Shown here one piece after another: positions 1 to 9,471 of a stretch of DNA of 64,000 nt (position 1 is the stretch's first letter; each line of letters opens with the position of its first letter). Origin of the DNA: a bacterium (GTDB taxonomy: Bacteria; Joyebacterota; Joyebacteria; Joyebacterales; Joyebacteraceae). Location of the stretch: the NCBI GenBank assembly GCA_025774245.1, contig JALGWI010000001.1, forward strand, positions 20,599 to 84,598, read 5' to 3'. The position numbers and the translations under genes were made by a program. The notes below the pieces were generated by a model that was not told the origin of the DNA, did no database searches, and was given only the letters and a program-made list of their open reading frames with translations.

Positions 1-249
1 CCGGCCCCGCTCGTCCGCGCCCTCAGGCCATGGATCTGGATCTACCCGGAGATGTCCGCCGAGTGGGGCTGCCGCGGCACGGACTGCGCGCTCTGTGTGC
101 GAAGCTGTCCGGTGACCGCCATCGAGATGAAGGACGGCATCCCGCTCGTCGACCGGCGGGCCTGCGTGGAGTGCCTGTGCTGCCACGAGGTCTGCCCGGA
201 GCACGCGGTGCGGGTGCGCCTCTCGTGGCTCGCCCGGAGGTTCGCCTGA
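1..249 (+). CDS. 3' end of a protein with a C-terminal 2x[4Fe-4S] ferredoxin-like domain (possibly DUF362 family); partial
   Basis: Frame is open from base 1 (PAPLVRALRPWIWIYPEM...). Cys motifs CRGTDCALCVRSCP and CVECLCCHEVCP. Stop at 247-249. Confidence 0.7.
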   Translation, partial: PAPLVRALRPWIWIYPEMSAEWGCRGTDCALCVRSCPVTAIEMKDGIPLVDRRACVECLCCHEVCPEHAVRVRLSWLARRFA

Positions 250-314
250 CGAACGCCGAGCGGGACCCGGCGGCTCACCGCCGACCGCGCCCCGATCGCA
301 GGAAGGAAGACGGG

Positions 315-1238
315 TTGTCCGAAGAGAGGAAGATCACGTTCGCCCATCGCCTGGAGTACGCAGCGACCAGAGCCGCGCAGGGGGTGATCTGCGCGCTCCC
401 GGCGGGCGCGGCCAGAGAGCTCGGCGCGAGCCTCGGAGACGCCGCCTTCTCGCTCGGCATCAGGCGGAAGGTCGTGCTCGGACACCTCGAGAGGATCTTC
501 GGCGACGAGTACTCGGAGGCGGAGCTCGAGCGGATCGCCAGGGAGTCGTACAGGAACTTCGGCCGGCTGACCTTCGAGTTCGGGCGCTTCACGAGGCTCG
601 ACGAGCGGGCGATCGAGAGGACGATCACACTGACGGGCGCCGAGCATCTCCGGGATGCGCTCGACGGCGGTAAGGGCGCGATCCTCGTTGCCGGGCACTT
701 GGGAAACTGGGAGGTCGCCGCGACGCTCGCCGCGCAGGGCTACCCGGTCACCTTCCTCGTCGGCGAGCAGCACAACATCCTGGTCGATCGGCTCATGAAC
801 CGGCTCCGCACGCGGTTCGGCGCCAGGATCGTGCCGGTGACCGGAAGCCTCATGGGCATTCTCCGGGCCCTCCGCGGGAACCGGATCGTCGCCATGCTCT
901 CAGACCAGGACGCCGGGACGAACGGGATCTTCGTCGACTTCCTCGGCCTCCCGGCCTCGACGCCCTACGGACCCGGGCGCTTCGCGGCCCGGACGGGCGC
1001 GCCGCTCCTCCCCGGACTGGCCGTTCGCCACGGCCGCTCGAAGCACGAGCTCGTGATCTGCCCGCCTGTTGCCCCCCCGCCCGAGGGCACATCGCCCGAA
1101 GAGGCGGCTCAATCCTACACGCAGGGGTACACGGCGGCCTTCGAACGGTTCATTCGGGAGCGTCCGGAGCAGTACTTCTGGATGCACCGCCGGTGGAAGA
1201 CGCGGCCCCTCACGGAAACGACCGACGCCGGGCGGTAG
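315..1238 (+). CDS. Lipid A biosynthesis lauroyl/lysophospholipid acyltransferase (LpxL/HtrB family)
   Basis: HLGNWE (Hx4D/E) motif, LSDQD, FVDFLG and PEQYFWMHRRWKT at the C-terminus. TTG start at 315 after GGAAGGAAG. Confidence 0.88.
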   Translation: MSEERKITFAHRLEYAATRAAQGVICALPAGAARELGASLGDAAFSLGIRRKVVLGHLERIFGDEYSEAELERIARESYRNFGRLTFEFGRFTRLDERAIERTITLTGAEHLRDALDGGKGAILVAGHLGNWEVAATLAAQGYPVTFLVGEQHNILVDRLMNRLRTRFGARIVPVTGSLMGILRALRGNRIVAMLSDQDAGTNGIFVDFLGLPASTPYGPGRFAARTGAPLLPGLAVRHGRSKHELVICPPVAPPPEGTSPEEAAQSYTQGYTAAFERFIRERPEQYFWMHRRWKTRPLTETTDAGR

Positions 1239-1271
1239 CCCGGCGCCGGTGCCTCGAATCTGCTCGTCCTC

Positions 1272-1844
1272 CTACAGGAACACGCTGAACCCGGCACGGA
1301 GTCCGATCTGGTGCCCGGTGATGTCCTCCGCGAAGAGCCCGTTCATCTGGTGGTAGTAGTAGGCCTCGAAGTTGAGACAGGCGCTGTCGGTGAAGAACAC
1401 CCGGAGCCCACCGACGAGGGCCGGGAGAACCCACATCGTCTCGTACTCGGTGTCCTCGGAGTCGCTGGCGCTCGCGAGGCCGAGGCCGGCCCCGACGTAC
1501 GGCACCGTCGTACCGCCCCCGTTGAAGTGGTAGAGCACGCCGAACTGCGCGCCGTAGATCGTCTGGCTCCAGTCGCCCCAGAAGTCGTCGCTCGCATAGA
1601 TGATCGGCACGCCGAACGCGAGCTCCCAGTTGTCGGCGACGAAGTACCCGTAGCTCGGCATGAACTCGATCACGGTCTCGGCGGCCGTGTCGTCGTAGTC
1701 CTTGTGGGAGTACGAGGTCCGATCGAACGTGAACCTCCCGGACAGCTCGTGCGAGCCCTTGTCGAGCGGGCCCGACAGGGCGACCGACGAGGACAGGAGG
1801 ACCACCAGGACGGCCACGAACACGACCAGGAACGGTGCTCTCAT
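1272..1844 (-). CDS. Small outer-membrane beta-barrel protein (8-stranded OmpA/OmpW-like)
   Basis: Signal peptide MRAPFLVVFVAVLVVLLSSSVALS, alternating aromatic beta-strands (YGYFVADNWELAFG, VPYVGAGLG) and C-terminal GFSVFL. Confidence 0.75.
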   Translation of the reverse strand: MRAPFLVVFVAVLVVLLSSSVALSGPLDKGSHELSGRFTFDRTSYSHKDYDDTAAETVIEFMPSYGYFVADNWELAFGVPIIYASDDFWGDWSQTIYGAQFGVLYHFNGGGTTVPYVGAGLGLASASDSEDTEYETMWVLPALVGGLRVFFTDSACLNFEAYYYHQMNGLFAEDITGHQIGLRAGFSVFL

Positions 1845-2067
1845 CGTCTCCCTCCATTCTGCTCCGGCGTCGAAACAGGGGACAGGCCCCCGGAGCTCCG
1901 AGGGGCCCCGCCGCTCCGCCACCGAATGCCTGACCTACTCATGGGACGCACCACGGCGTCCCACTCCGATTGAGTCTTAGCGGAATGAAGGCAAGGAAGT
2001 GAAGGGAGAATGCGATGAGCGGTCATTCAGGACGGTCGCGCGCACCGGGCAGGATCGGCACCAACGA

Positions 2068-2098
2068 GAAGGGAGCCGCCTCGCGACGGCTCCCTTTC
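2068..2098. terminator. Probable intrinsic terminator hairpin downstream of the minus-strand outer-membrane protein gene
   Basis: AAGGGAGCCG-cctcgcga-CGGCTCCCTT forms a 10-bp stem about 35 nt past the TAG at 2133-2135. Confidence 0.6.
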
Positions 2099-2132
2099 GA
2101 TGCTGCTCGTGCTGGAACGTGCCGTGGCCGGG

Positions 2133-2970
2133 CTAGCTCCCCCAGCCGACGTAGAGACCGAATCCCCACAGGGCGGAGCACGCCGTTCTGCATGGTGTAC
2201 TCGAAGGCCGGGTTGATCCAGACGCCGTTCTCGGCGCTGTTCTCGACGGTCGTGCGGGCCGTGATCTCCTCGTCCGCGTCTCCCCCGAAGTAGCCGTCAG
2301 CATCGAACCGGAGCTGCATCACCTCGCTGAGGTAGTACGTGTACCCCAGCATGAAGTGGACTTCGCTTCCCGGAGTGTACTTCTCCGTCCCGCGGGCGAC
2401 GTCCGTCTCATTCGCCATTCTGTACCGGTAGCCGAGCGAGCCGTAGAACATGCCGGGGCCCGCCGGGAAATCGGCCAGGAGCGCGACGTCGACGTCGTAC
2501 TGGCCCGACCCGGTGGGAAGATCGCCCGCATCCGGCTCGTTGTCGCCCAACGGGATCTTCACGCCGAGCTGGGCGGTGACCGCCGGCTCAGGCATGAACA
2601 TCCAGCGCGCGTAGGTCCAGAGATCGCCCAGGCTGGAGCCCGACACGTCATCGGCGCCGTCCTGCGAGTACGAGTCGCTGAGGTATCCGGGGATAGCGCC
2701 GAGCTCGAACTGGTCGTTGAAAGCGTAGTAGAGATCGATCGGCACCCAGATCCGGGTGCCGCTCCCGTTGTCCGCGAAGTCGTAGCTGCTGCCCTCGTGG
2801 TCGTACCCCTTGTCCGCCATGAAGTAGTAGAAGGTGGCGTCGAGGCCGAACGTGCCGGCCGCGTGAGTCGTCGCCGTGCGGCGCGTGTAGAGGACGTCGT
2901 ACGCGCTGGCGGGAGCCGCCAGGGCGACGATCAGCGCTATGGCCACCACAAACAGAATTCCGCGTCTCAT
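2133..2970 (-). pseudogene. Outer-membrane beta-barrel 'transporter' (MetA-pathway/phenol-degradation-like channel) with an apparent deletion/frameshift near the 3' end
   Basis: Signal peptide MRRGILFVVAIALIVALAAPASA; motifs GSSLGDL, LGVKIPLG, LPTGSGQYD. After EYTMQNGVL the frame becomes low-complexity, while another frame gives ALWGFGLYVGWGS* ending at 2133. Confidence 0.6.
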
Positions 2971-3197
2971 TCGTGTGCCTCCTGGTTGGTTCATGTCTGC
3001 CATTCGAACATCCAACGTGAACCCCCGGCGGGGTTCGGGTCGGTTCTCGTCAGTGTTCACCTCCTTCTGGCTGGTCGGGGCCTCGCGCCCCATCTTCCCC
3101 AGAAATCCTCGGTTGTCTGGTGCGAGCCGCCCGACCCCTCCGGTCGGCACGCCCTGTTCGAGTCTCCTTTCCGTGCTCTCCGGCCAGAGCCGGATCT

Positions 3198-3488
3198 CTA
3201 CTGGAAACCTATCTGCTTCCCGGGCTGGTTCTCGCCTGCCGTGCTGATCTCTCCGTGCTTCTCCTCGTACCTCGCGATGTTCCCTTCGAGCGCCTTCAGG
3301 AGCGCCTTGGCGTTCTGCGGGGCCATGACGACCCTGGCGTGGACCCGGCTCTTCTTGGCGCCGGGCAGCACGCGGATGAAGTCGACGACGAACTCGGCGG
3401 GGGAGTGGGTGATGACGGCGAAGTTGGCGTAGATGCCTTCGGCCTCTTCGTCGCGAAGCTCGATGTTGATCTTCTTCTGCTCGGGCAT
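3198..3488 (-). CDS. DUF3467 domain protein
   Basis: Motifs INIEL..EEAEGIYANFAVITHSPAEFVVDF, RVVMAPQNAKALL.AL..NI.RYE..HGEI and C-terminal IGFQ. GGAGGAG RBS. Confidence 0.85.
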   Translation of the reverse strand: MPEQKKINIELRDEEAEGIYANFAVITHSPAEFVVDFIRVLPGAKKSRVHARVVMAPQNAKALLKALEGNIARYEEKHGEISTAGENQPGKQIGFQ

Positions 3489-3543
3489 ACGCTCCTCCGC
3501 TGCACCGGTCCGTCTCGCGCCCCGCCACAAGCAAGTCGGCGCA

Positions 3544-3572
3544 AACATATGAGCGGCCGGGAGGGTTGTCAA
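3544..3572 (-). promoter_or_regulatory. Sigma70-like promoter for the DUF3467 gene
   Basis: Minus strand reads TTGACA-N17-TATGTT. Confidence 0.55.
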
Positions 3573-3943
3573 GTGAATATTGGGGCGGCGGTTAGCAAGC
3601 TTCGTGCCACCCGTCGGAAGCGGTGCAGTCGCGCCGCCGTCCGTGACGCAGTGTGTTCGCTCCGTTCGGGCGCTCGGACCGCCGCATCGGGAGCGCACGC
3701 TCGGGGCAGCTTCCCTCCCTCTCATCTCTCCAGCTCGCGCCCCGCTGGTTGACGTCCCGCGCCGGTTGTGCACGTGTTGGACTCGCTCGGAGATCGCAGG
3801 GTGTCGGGACGCGTGACCGTCACCGACGGACCGGCGCCTCGAGTGTGGTCGGACGCAACGCAAGCTCGATCGGCCCGCACGACGGAGGCCCGGGGGCCAC
3901 GCGCCGGGAAGCGACGAGCTATCAGCTTTGCTGCACTATTCGC

Positions 3944-3972
3944 TTGACAGGTTTCGGCGGAGATGATATTGT
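3944..3972 (+). promoter_or_regulatory. Sigma70-like promoter for the DUF4046-like gene
   Basis: TTGACA(3944)-N17-TATTGT in a locally AT-richer stretch. A second TTGACA occurs at 3985. Confidence 0.55.
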
Positions 3973-4077
3973 GGGCTTGAATGATTGACACATGGTAAGA
4001 ACTGTGGGATAGGACAACGCGGAACTTCTGAGATTATGCGGCTTTGTCGGTTGTCCGAGCTGTAGGCTGGAGGGGCT

Positions 4078-4941
4078 ATGGTTACGGAGCTGAAGAAGTT
4101 GGACACCTCCGGGACGACGACCGAGCTGGATCGGAGTGCTGTGATCCAGGTGTATGAAGACGTGTTCGCGAATCGCAGACGGAGGTTTCCGAACAACTTC
4201 TTCCGTGGCGAAGCCGGGCGCGTGCGCGCCGCGATCATCACGCGGTATCTCCTCGAGGACAAACTCGGGATCAGAGTCGAGGACATACCTCGGGCGATCC
4301 ACAAGAAGCTCTTCTATGAGAATGGTCTGACCTGGATGTTGGGAAGTTGTTTCGACTGGTCACCGTACAAAGCGATCGACAACGCGTACCCGGGTCGATT
4401 CCACAAGTGGCAGTTCAATGTCAAGGGTATGTGGCAGGGCCCCGACCGCTTCAAGCTCGCCGCCGAGGCGACCCGGTGGATGATCGAGACTGTCGAGGGC
4501 GTGCCGGTCGATGAGATTCCGCAGCGGATCTCGGCGACGACGTTTGGCAAGTACAACCTCCGCGGAATGCTGTCGGTCTGTTTCCGCGGTTCGTTCTTCC
4601 GCGCCATCGAGAACGCGTACCCGGGGAGATTCCATCCTTGGGAGTTCCGCAACGTGCCGAAGAACTTCTGGCAGGGCGACCAGGGCCTCGTGAACGCGCG
4701 CCGCGCAACGCGCTGGCTCTGCGAGGAGACGCTGGGTGTTGAGAAGGAGCGCGTCTTCCAGGACGTGACGTACCACCTGTTCCGCGAGCACGGACTGGGG
4801 GGGATGCTGACCGGCTGTTTCTCCGGATCGTCGATCCAGGCGCTCCACAACGCCTACCCGGATCTCATCGTGCCCAAGCATCCCAAGCGCAAGCCGAGGA
4901 AGAGAAGGACGATCGAACCTGTCAAGTTGACGGAGGCGTAG
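4078..4941 (+). CDS. DUF4046-like repeat protein (three ~77-aa repeats, basic tail)
   Basis: Three copies of [F/W]..G.....A...TR[YW]L.E...G...E.IP......F..[Y/H/N]GL.GML..CF..S...A[I/L].NAYP, the first two followed by GRFHxWxF. GGAGG RBS. Confidence 0.7.
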   Translation: MVTELKKLDTSGTTTELDRSAVIQVYEDVFANRRRRFPNNFFRGEAGRVRAAIITRYLLEDKLGIRVEDIPRAIHKKLFYENGLTWMLGSCFDWSPYKAIDNAYPGRFHKWQFNVKGMWQGPDRFKLAAEATRWMIETVEGVPVDEIPQRISATTFGKYNLRGMLSVCFRGSFFRAIENAYPGRFHPWEFRNVPKNFWQGDQGLVNARRATRWLCEETLGVEKERVFQDVTYHLFREHGLGGMLTGCFSGSSIQALHNAYPDLIVPKHPKRKPRKRRTIEPVKLTEA

Positions 4942-5067
4942 ACGGGGACGTCGCACTCTCGACCGAGCTTCCGACGATCATCCGCGGCCGGTTCGCAGCA
5001 GCGAGCCGGCCGCGTTTCGTGCTGTCCGGAGACCGCACGCCGGCGGTCGGCGGGAGCGCGCGCGGGC

Positions 5068-5096
5068 TTGACTCCCTCGGGGCCATCCTCTAGCAT
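5068..5096 (+). promoter_or_regulatory. Sigma70-like promoter for rfaE1-rfaE2
   Basis: TTGACT-N17-TAGCAT about 40 nt upstream of the start. Confidence 0.55.
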
Positions 5097-5137
5097 TCAC
5101 GTGCCCGCGGCTACGACGCTGCAACGGAGGTGCGAAC

Positions 5138-6148
5138 GTGGCGACGATCGAGCAGTCGAGACTCACGGAAATCGTCGGGAGGTTCCCCTCGCTCAGGGTA
5201 GCGATCCTGGGCGATCTGATGCTCGACCGGTACGTCTGGGGACAGGTCACCCGCATCTCGCCGGAGGCTCCGGTCCCGGTCGTTGAGGTCACGAGGGACA
5301 GCGTCCGGTTCGGCGGCGCGGCGAACGTTGCCGAGAATGTCGCTGCGCTCGGCGCGTCGGCGGCGCTCATCGGCGTGGTCGGCGAGGACGCCGCGGGGAA
5401 CCAGCTCGTGTCGCTCCTGGGAGAGAGGGGCGTCGACGTCGGCGGCGTCGTCCGGGTGCCCGGACGGCCGACGACGACCAAGACGAGGATCATCGCCCAC
5501 AATCAGCAGGTCGTGCGCGCCGACCGCGAGTCGACGGTCGACCTTCCGGAGGAGAACCGCGCGGCGGTCGTCGAGGCGCTCCGCGCGGCGCTCGAGACCG
5601 CCGATGCGCTCGTCGTCTCCGACTACGGAAAGGGCGTCATCACCGAGTCGACGCTCGCCGCTGCCGTCTCGGCGGCTCGGGACGGCGGGAAGATCGTCTG
5701 CGTCGACCCGAAGGAATCCCACTTCCTGAGTTACGTCGGCGTGACGGCGATCACGCCGAACCAGATCGAGGCGGGGAACGCGGCCGGCACGAGGATCACG
5801 GACGAGGCGTCGCTCGAGATGGTCGGTTGGGCGCTCCAGGAGCGGCTCGGTGCGGAGTGCGTTCTCATCACCCGGGGAGAGCACGGGATGGCCCTCTTCA
5901 TGAAGGGGGGAGATCTCGTCTATCTCCCGACGGTGGCGCGAGAGGTCTACGACGTCACCGGGGCCGGCGACACGGTCGTGAGCACGCTCGCGGTCGCGCT
6001 CGCCGCCGGCGCGACCATGGTGGAGGCGGCGATCGTCTCCAACCACGCTGCGGGCGTCGTGATCCGCGAGATCGGCACGGCCTCCGTCGTGCCCGAGGAG
6101 ATCGTGCGCTCGTTCGCGGAGGAGGGGGAGGACGCCGTTCATGGGTAG
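5138..6148 (+). CDS. rfaE1: D-glycero-beta-D-manno-heptose-7-phosphate kinase (HldE kinase domain, PfkB family)
   Basis: GDLMLDRY, RISPEAPVPVV, GGAANVA, SDYGKG, VDPK, TPN..EA, DVTGAGDT. Confidence 0.93.
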   Translation: MATIEQSRLTEIVGRFPSLRVAILGDLMLDRYVWGQVTRISPEAPVPVVEVTRDSVRFGGAANVAENVAALGASAALIGVVGEDAAGNQLVSLLGERGVDVGGVVRVPGRPTTTKTRIIAHNQQVVRADRESTVDLPEENRAAVVEALRAALETADALVVSDYGKGVITESTLAAAVSAARDGGKIVCVDPKESHFLSYVGVTAITPNQIEAGNAAGTRITDEASLEMVGWALQERLGAECVLITRGEHGMALFMKGGDLVYLPTVAREVYDVTGAGDTVVSTLAVALAAGATMVEAAIVSNHAAGVVIREIGTASVVPEEIVRSFAEEGEDAVHG

Positions 6149-6626
6149 GATCGTGTCGCGGGAAGAGCTGGCGAACGACTGCGAGCGGGCCAGAACCATG
6201 GGTCTCACGGTCGTCTTCACGAACGGGTGTTTCGACATTCTCCATCGCGGCCACGTGCACTACCTCGCCAGGGCGAAGGAGCTGGGTGACGTCCTCGTCA
6301 TCGGGGTGAACACGGACCGCTCGGTGCGGGAACTCAAGGGGCCCGGCCGGCCGATCGTTCCGGAGGAGGACCGGGCGGCCGTCCTGGCCGCGCTGGCGGC
6401 GGTCGACCTCGTCTGCCTCTTCGACGAGCCGACGCCCTACGAGCTCGTCCAGGCCTGCCAGCCGGACGTGATCGTCAAGGGCGCGGGGTACACGCGCGAG
6501 ACGATCGTGGGGGCCGACATCGTCGAGGCCCGGGGCGGGAAGGTCGTCGCCGTCGAGGCCCTCGAAGGACGGTCGACGCGGTCGATCATCGAGAGGATCC
6601 GAGACGAAGGCCGCGGCCGGACGTGA
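6141..6626 (+). CDS. rfaE2: D-glycero-beta-D-manno-heptose-1-phosphate adenylyltransferase
   Basis: VFTNGCFDILHRGH, LKGPGRPI, FDEPTP, PDVIVKG, STRSII. Overlaps rfaE1. Confidence 0.93.
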   Translation: MGRIVSREELANDCERARTMGLTVVFTNGCFDILHRGHVHYLARAKELGDVLVIGVNTDRSVRELKGPGRPIVPEEDRAAVLAALAAVDLVCLFDEPTPYELVQACQPDVIVKGAGYTRETIVGADIVEARGGKVVAVEALEGRSTRSIIERIRDEGRGRT

Positions 6627-6719
6627 CCCGCGCTCGGTCGGGTCGACGCGGTCCGTGGTCCGCTCGCAGGCTTCGCCCACCCTGCGGTGCCTTTCCTGAT
6701 CAACTCCTCACTCTTTCGC

Positions 6720-6748
6720 TGGACTCGTTTGGCGGGATGAGTTATCAT
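6720..6748 (+). promoter_or_regulatory. Possible sigma70-like promoter for the energy-metabolism cluster
   Basis: TGGACT-N17-TATCAT about 180 nt upstream of the ATG at 6932. Confidence 0.4.
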
Positions 6749-6931
6749 AGCTTTCTTGGCTGACTCGGGGCGGTGGTCGGAAACCGCCCGCACTCTTTGA
6801 TCCGGGGATCCCCCGCTGGGCAGCGCCCCCAGGCGCGTGATCACGGGGGCTCTCTTGCGCAGAGCCCGGACGAAACGGCGAGGTCCGTCCGGCTCGTCTG
6901 AATGCACCAGGTGGACTTCAAAGGAGGAGGG

Positions 6932-8242
6932 ATGCAGAGGCGACGTGTCGTGATCATGGGAGCGGCCGGGAGGGACTTCCACAACTTCAATCTCGTCTAC
7001 CGCGACCGCCAGTCGCACGAGGTCGTCGCCTTCACCGCGACGCAGATTCCGGACATCGCCGGAAGGGCGTACCCGGCTGAGCTCGCCGGCTCGCTCTACC
7101 CGCACGGCATCCCGATCCACCCCGAAGAAGATCTCCCCGCTCTCATCGCCGAGCACAAGATCGACGACGTCGTCTTCGCCTACAGCGACGTGCCGCACGA
7201 GTACGTGATGCACAAGGCTTCGCAGGTGAACGCTCTCGGGCCGCACTTCCTCCTGCTCGGCGCTGAGGAGACCATGGTGAAGTCGAAGCGGCCGGTCGTT
7301 TCGATCTGCGCCGTCCGGACCGGCTGCGGCAAGAGTCAGACGACGCGGAGCGTCGCGGAGATCCTCACCGGGCAGGGGAAGCGCGTGGTCGTCATCCGCC
7401 ACCCGATGCCGTACGGCGACCTCAGGGATCAGATCTGGCAGCGCTTCGGCGAGTACGACGACATGATCCGCGAGAAGTGCACGATCGAGGAGATGGAGGA
7501 GTACGAGCCGCACATCGCGCGCGGAAACGTCGTGTACGCGGGCGTCGACTACGAGCGCATCCTCGAGGAGGCGGAGAAGGAGGCCGACGTCGTTCTCTGG
7601 GACGGCGGGAACAACGACGCCTCTTTCTACGTTCCCGACCTCCTCATCGTCGTGGTGGACCCGCACCGCGTCGGCCACGAGCTCACGTACTACCCGGGCG
7701 AGCAGAACCTCAGGAGCGCCGACGTCGTCCTCATCAATAAGGAGGACACGGCCAGACTCGAAGACATCGAGCAGCTTCAGAAGAACATCGCTTCGGTCAA
7801 CCCGGACGCCGCGATCATCCATGCGCACTCGCCGGTCACCTTCGAGGAGAAGGTCGACCTCAAGGGCCTGAAGGTCCTCGTCGTCGAGGACGGCCCGACG
7901 CTGACCCACGGCGGCATGAAGATCGGCGCGGGCACCGTCGGGGCGCTCGCCGCCGGGGCCGTTCCGGTCGACGCGAGGGAGCACGCCACCGGGAAGATCG
8001 CGGAGATGTACGAGAAGTATCCGTCGATCGGTACGCTCCTCCCGGCCGCCGGCTACAGCCCGGAGCAGGTGGCCGACCTCGAGGCCACCATCAACGCCGT
8101 CGACTGCGACTACGTGATCATCGGCACGCCGATCGACCTCCGCAAGCTCATCGACATCAAGAAGCCGAGTGTGAGGGTAAGCTACGAGCTCGAGGTCGTC
8201 GGCGGCCCGAGTCTCGAGGACGTTCTTTCGGACGCGCTCTGA
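6932..8242 (+). CDS. P-loop 'GTPase' of the cyclic 2,3-diphosphoglycerate synthetase-like family; probable arginine synthetase (ArcE-type)
   Basis: MGAAGRDFHNFN, EVVAFTATQIP, AVRTGCGKSQT P-loop, RHPMPYGDL, CTIEEMEEYEPH, WDGGNND, VEDGPTLTHGGM, GTPIDL. AGGAGG RBS. Confidence 0.75.
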   Translation: MQRRRVVIMGAAGRDFHNFNLVYRDRQSHEVVAFTATQIPDIAGRAYPAELAGSLYPHGIPIHPEEDLPALIAEHKIDDVVFAYSDVPHEYVMHKASQVNALGPHFLLLGAEETMVKSKRPVVSICAVRTGCGKSQTTRSVAEILTGQGKRVVVIRHPMPYGDLRDQIWQRFGEYDDMIREKCTIEEMEEYEPHIARGNVVYAGVDYERILEEAEKEADVVLWDGGNNDASFYVPDLLIVVVDPHRVGHELTYYPGEQNLRSADVVLINKEDTARLEDIEQLQKNIASVNPDAAIIHAHSPVTFEEKVDLKGLKVLVVEDGPTLTHGGMKIGAGTVGALAAGAVPVDAREHATGKIAEMYEKYPSIGTLLPAAGYSPEQVADLEATINAVDCDYVIIGTPIDLRKLIDIKKPSVRVSYELEVVGGPSLEDVLSDAL

Positions 8243-8318
8243 TCGGGCACGCGCGGGCGGGAAGGCAGTGCCGCCGCCGGCGCAATCCCGACGCGCGCGA
8301 CCATCGAGGGAGGCGCCA

Positions 8319-9458
8319 TTGAAGATCCACGAGTATCAGGCGAAGGAGATCCTCATGCGCCACGGCGTCCCGATCCCGCGGTTCGAGATCGTGACGACGC
8401 CGGCGGACGCCAGGAAGGCGGCCGAGGACATCGGGAGGATGGTGGTCGTCAAGGCGCAGGTTCACGTCGGCGGGCGCGGGAAGGCCGGCGGCGTGAAGCT
8501 CGCCAAGACCGCGGATGAGGCCGAGGCTCACGCCTCGAACATCCTCGGAATGGACATCAAGGGCCTCACGGTCGAGAAGATCATGATCTCGGACGCCGTC
8601 GATATCGACCGGGAGTACTACATCGGGATGATCGTCGACCGCCAGACGAAGAAGCCCGTCTACATGGTGAGCGAGGCGGGCGGGATCGACATCGAGCAGG
8701 TCGCGAACGAGACCCCCGAGAAGATCCACAAGCTGGCCATCAACCCGGTGAAGGGCCTCTCCGCCGCCGACGCCTCGACCCTGGCCGCGAAGATCGAGTC
8801 GCGTCCCGAGGTGGCCGCGAAGGTCGCCGAGTTCATCACGAAGCTCTACGACGGCTTCATCGGGAGCGACGCGTCGCTGGCCGAGATCAACCCGCTCGTC
8901 GTCACGCCGGACGGGGAGGTGTGGGCCGTCGACGCCAAGATGAACATCGACGACAACGCGCTCTACCGCCACCCCGACATCGCCGAGATGCGCGATCCCG
9001 CGGGCGAGACCGACGAAGTGAGGAAGGCGAGGGAGATGGGGCTCTCCTACGTCAAGCTCGACGGCAACGTCGGGTGCCTCGTCAACGGCGCCGGGCTGGC
9101 GATGACCACGATGGACGTCATCCAGCACTACGGCGGCGCGCCGGCGAACTTCCTCGACATCGGCGGAAGCTCGAGTCCCGACAAGGTCGTCACCGCGCTC
9201 GAGATCATCACGTCCGACCCGAACGTCAGGTCGATCCTCATCAACATCTTCGGCGGGATCACGCGCTGCGACGACGTGGCCAGAGGCCTCGTGCAGGCGC
9301 TCGAGCAGACGTCGATCGAGATCCCGATCGTGGTGCGGCTGACCGGGACCAACGAGGACGAAGCCAGGAAGATCCTGGCCAAGCACCAGTTCGTCTCCGC
9401 CACCACGATGGACGAGGCGGTCGAGAAGGCTGTCGAGCTGGCGAAGCAGCCGGCGTAG
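8319..9458 (+). CDS. sucC: Succinate--CoA ligase (NDP-forming) beta subunit
   Basis: [70 protein letters not shown] start. Confidence 0.95.
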   Translation: MKIHEYQAKEILMRHGVPIPRFEIVTTPADARKAAEDIGRMVVVKAQVHVGGRGKAGGVKLAKTADEAEAHASNILGMDIKGLTVEKIMISDAVDIDREYYIGMIVDRQTKKPVYMVSEAGGIDIEQVANETPEKIHKLAINPVKGLSAADASTLAAKIESRPEVAAKVAEFITKLYDGFIGSDASLAEINPLVVTPDGEVWAVDAKMNIDDNALYRHPDIAEMRDPAGETDEVRKAREMGLSYVKLDGNVGCLVNGAGLAMTTMDVIQHYGGAPANFLDIGGSSSPDKVVTALEIITSDPNVRSILINIFGGITRCDDVARGLVQALEQTSIEIPIVVRLTGTNEDEARKILAKHQFVSATTMDEAVEKAVELAKQPA

Positions 9459-9471
9459 CAAGGAGGCAGGC

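Noticed and set aside
30-314. N-terminal 95 aa of the 402-aa ORF, and similar upstream extensions of fabD, korB, gcvPB and the 503-aa minus-strand ORF
   Set aside because: These extensions overlap real upstream genes. Homology-like sequence and RBSs point to the later starts used here.
3600-3920. Possible ncRNA or small ORF in the long divergent intergenic region
   Set aside because: No recognisable tRNA, tmRNA, RNase P, SRP or 6S motif. The ORFs there lack an RBS and protein-like composition.
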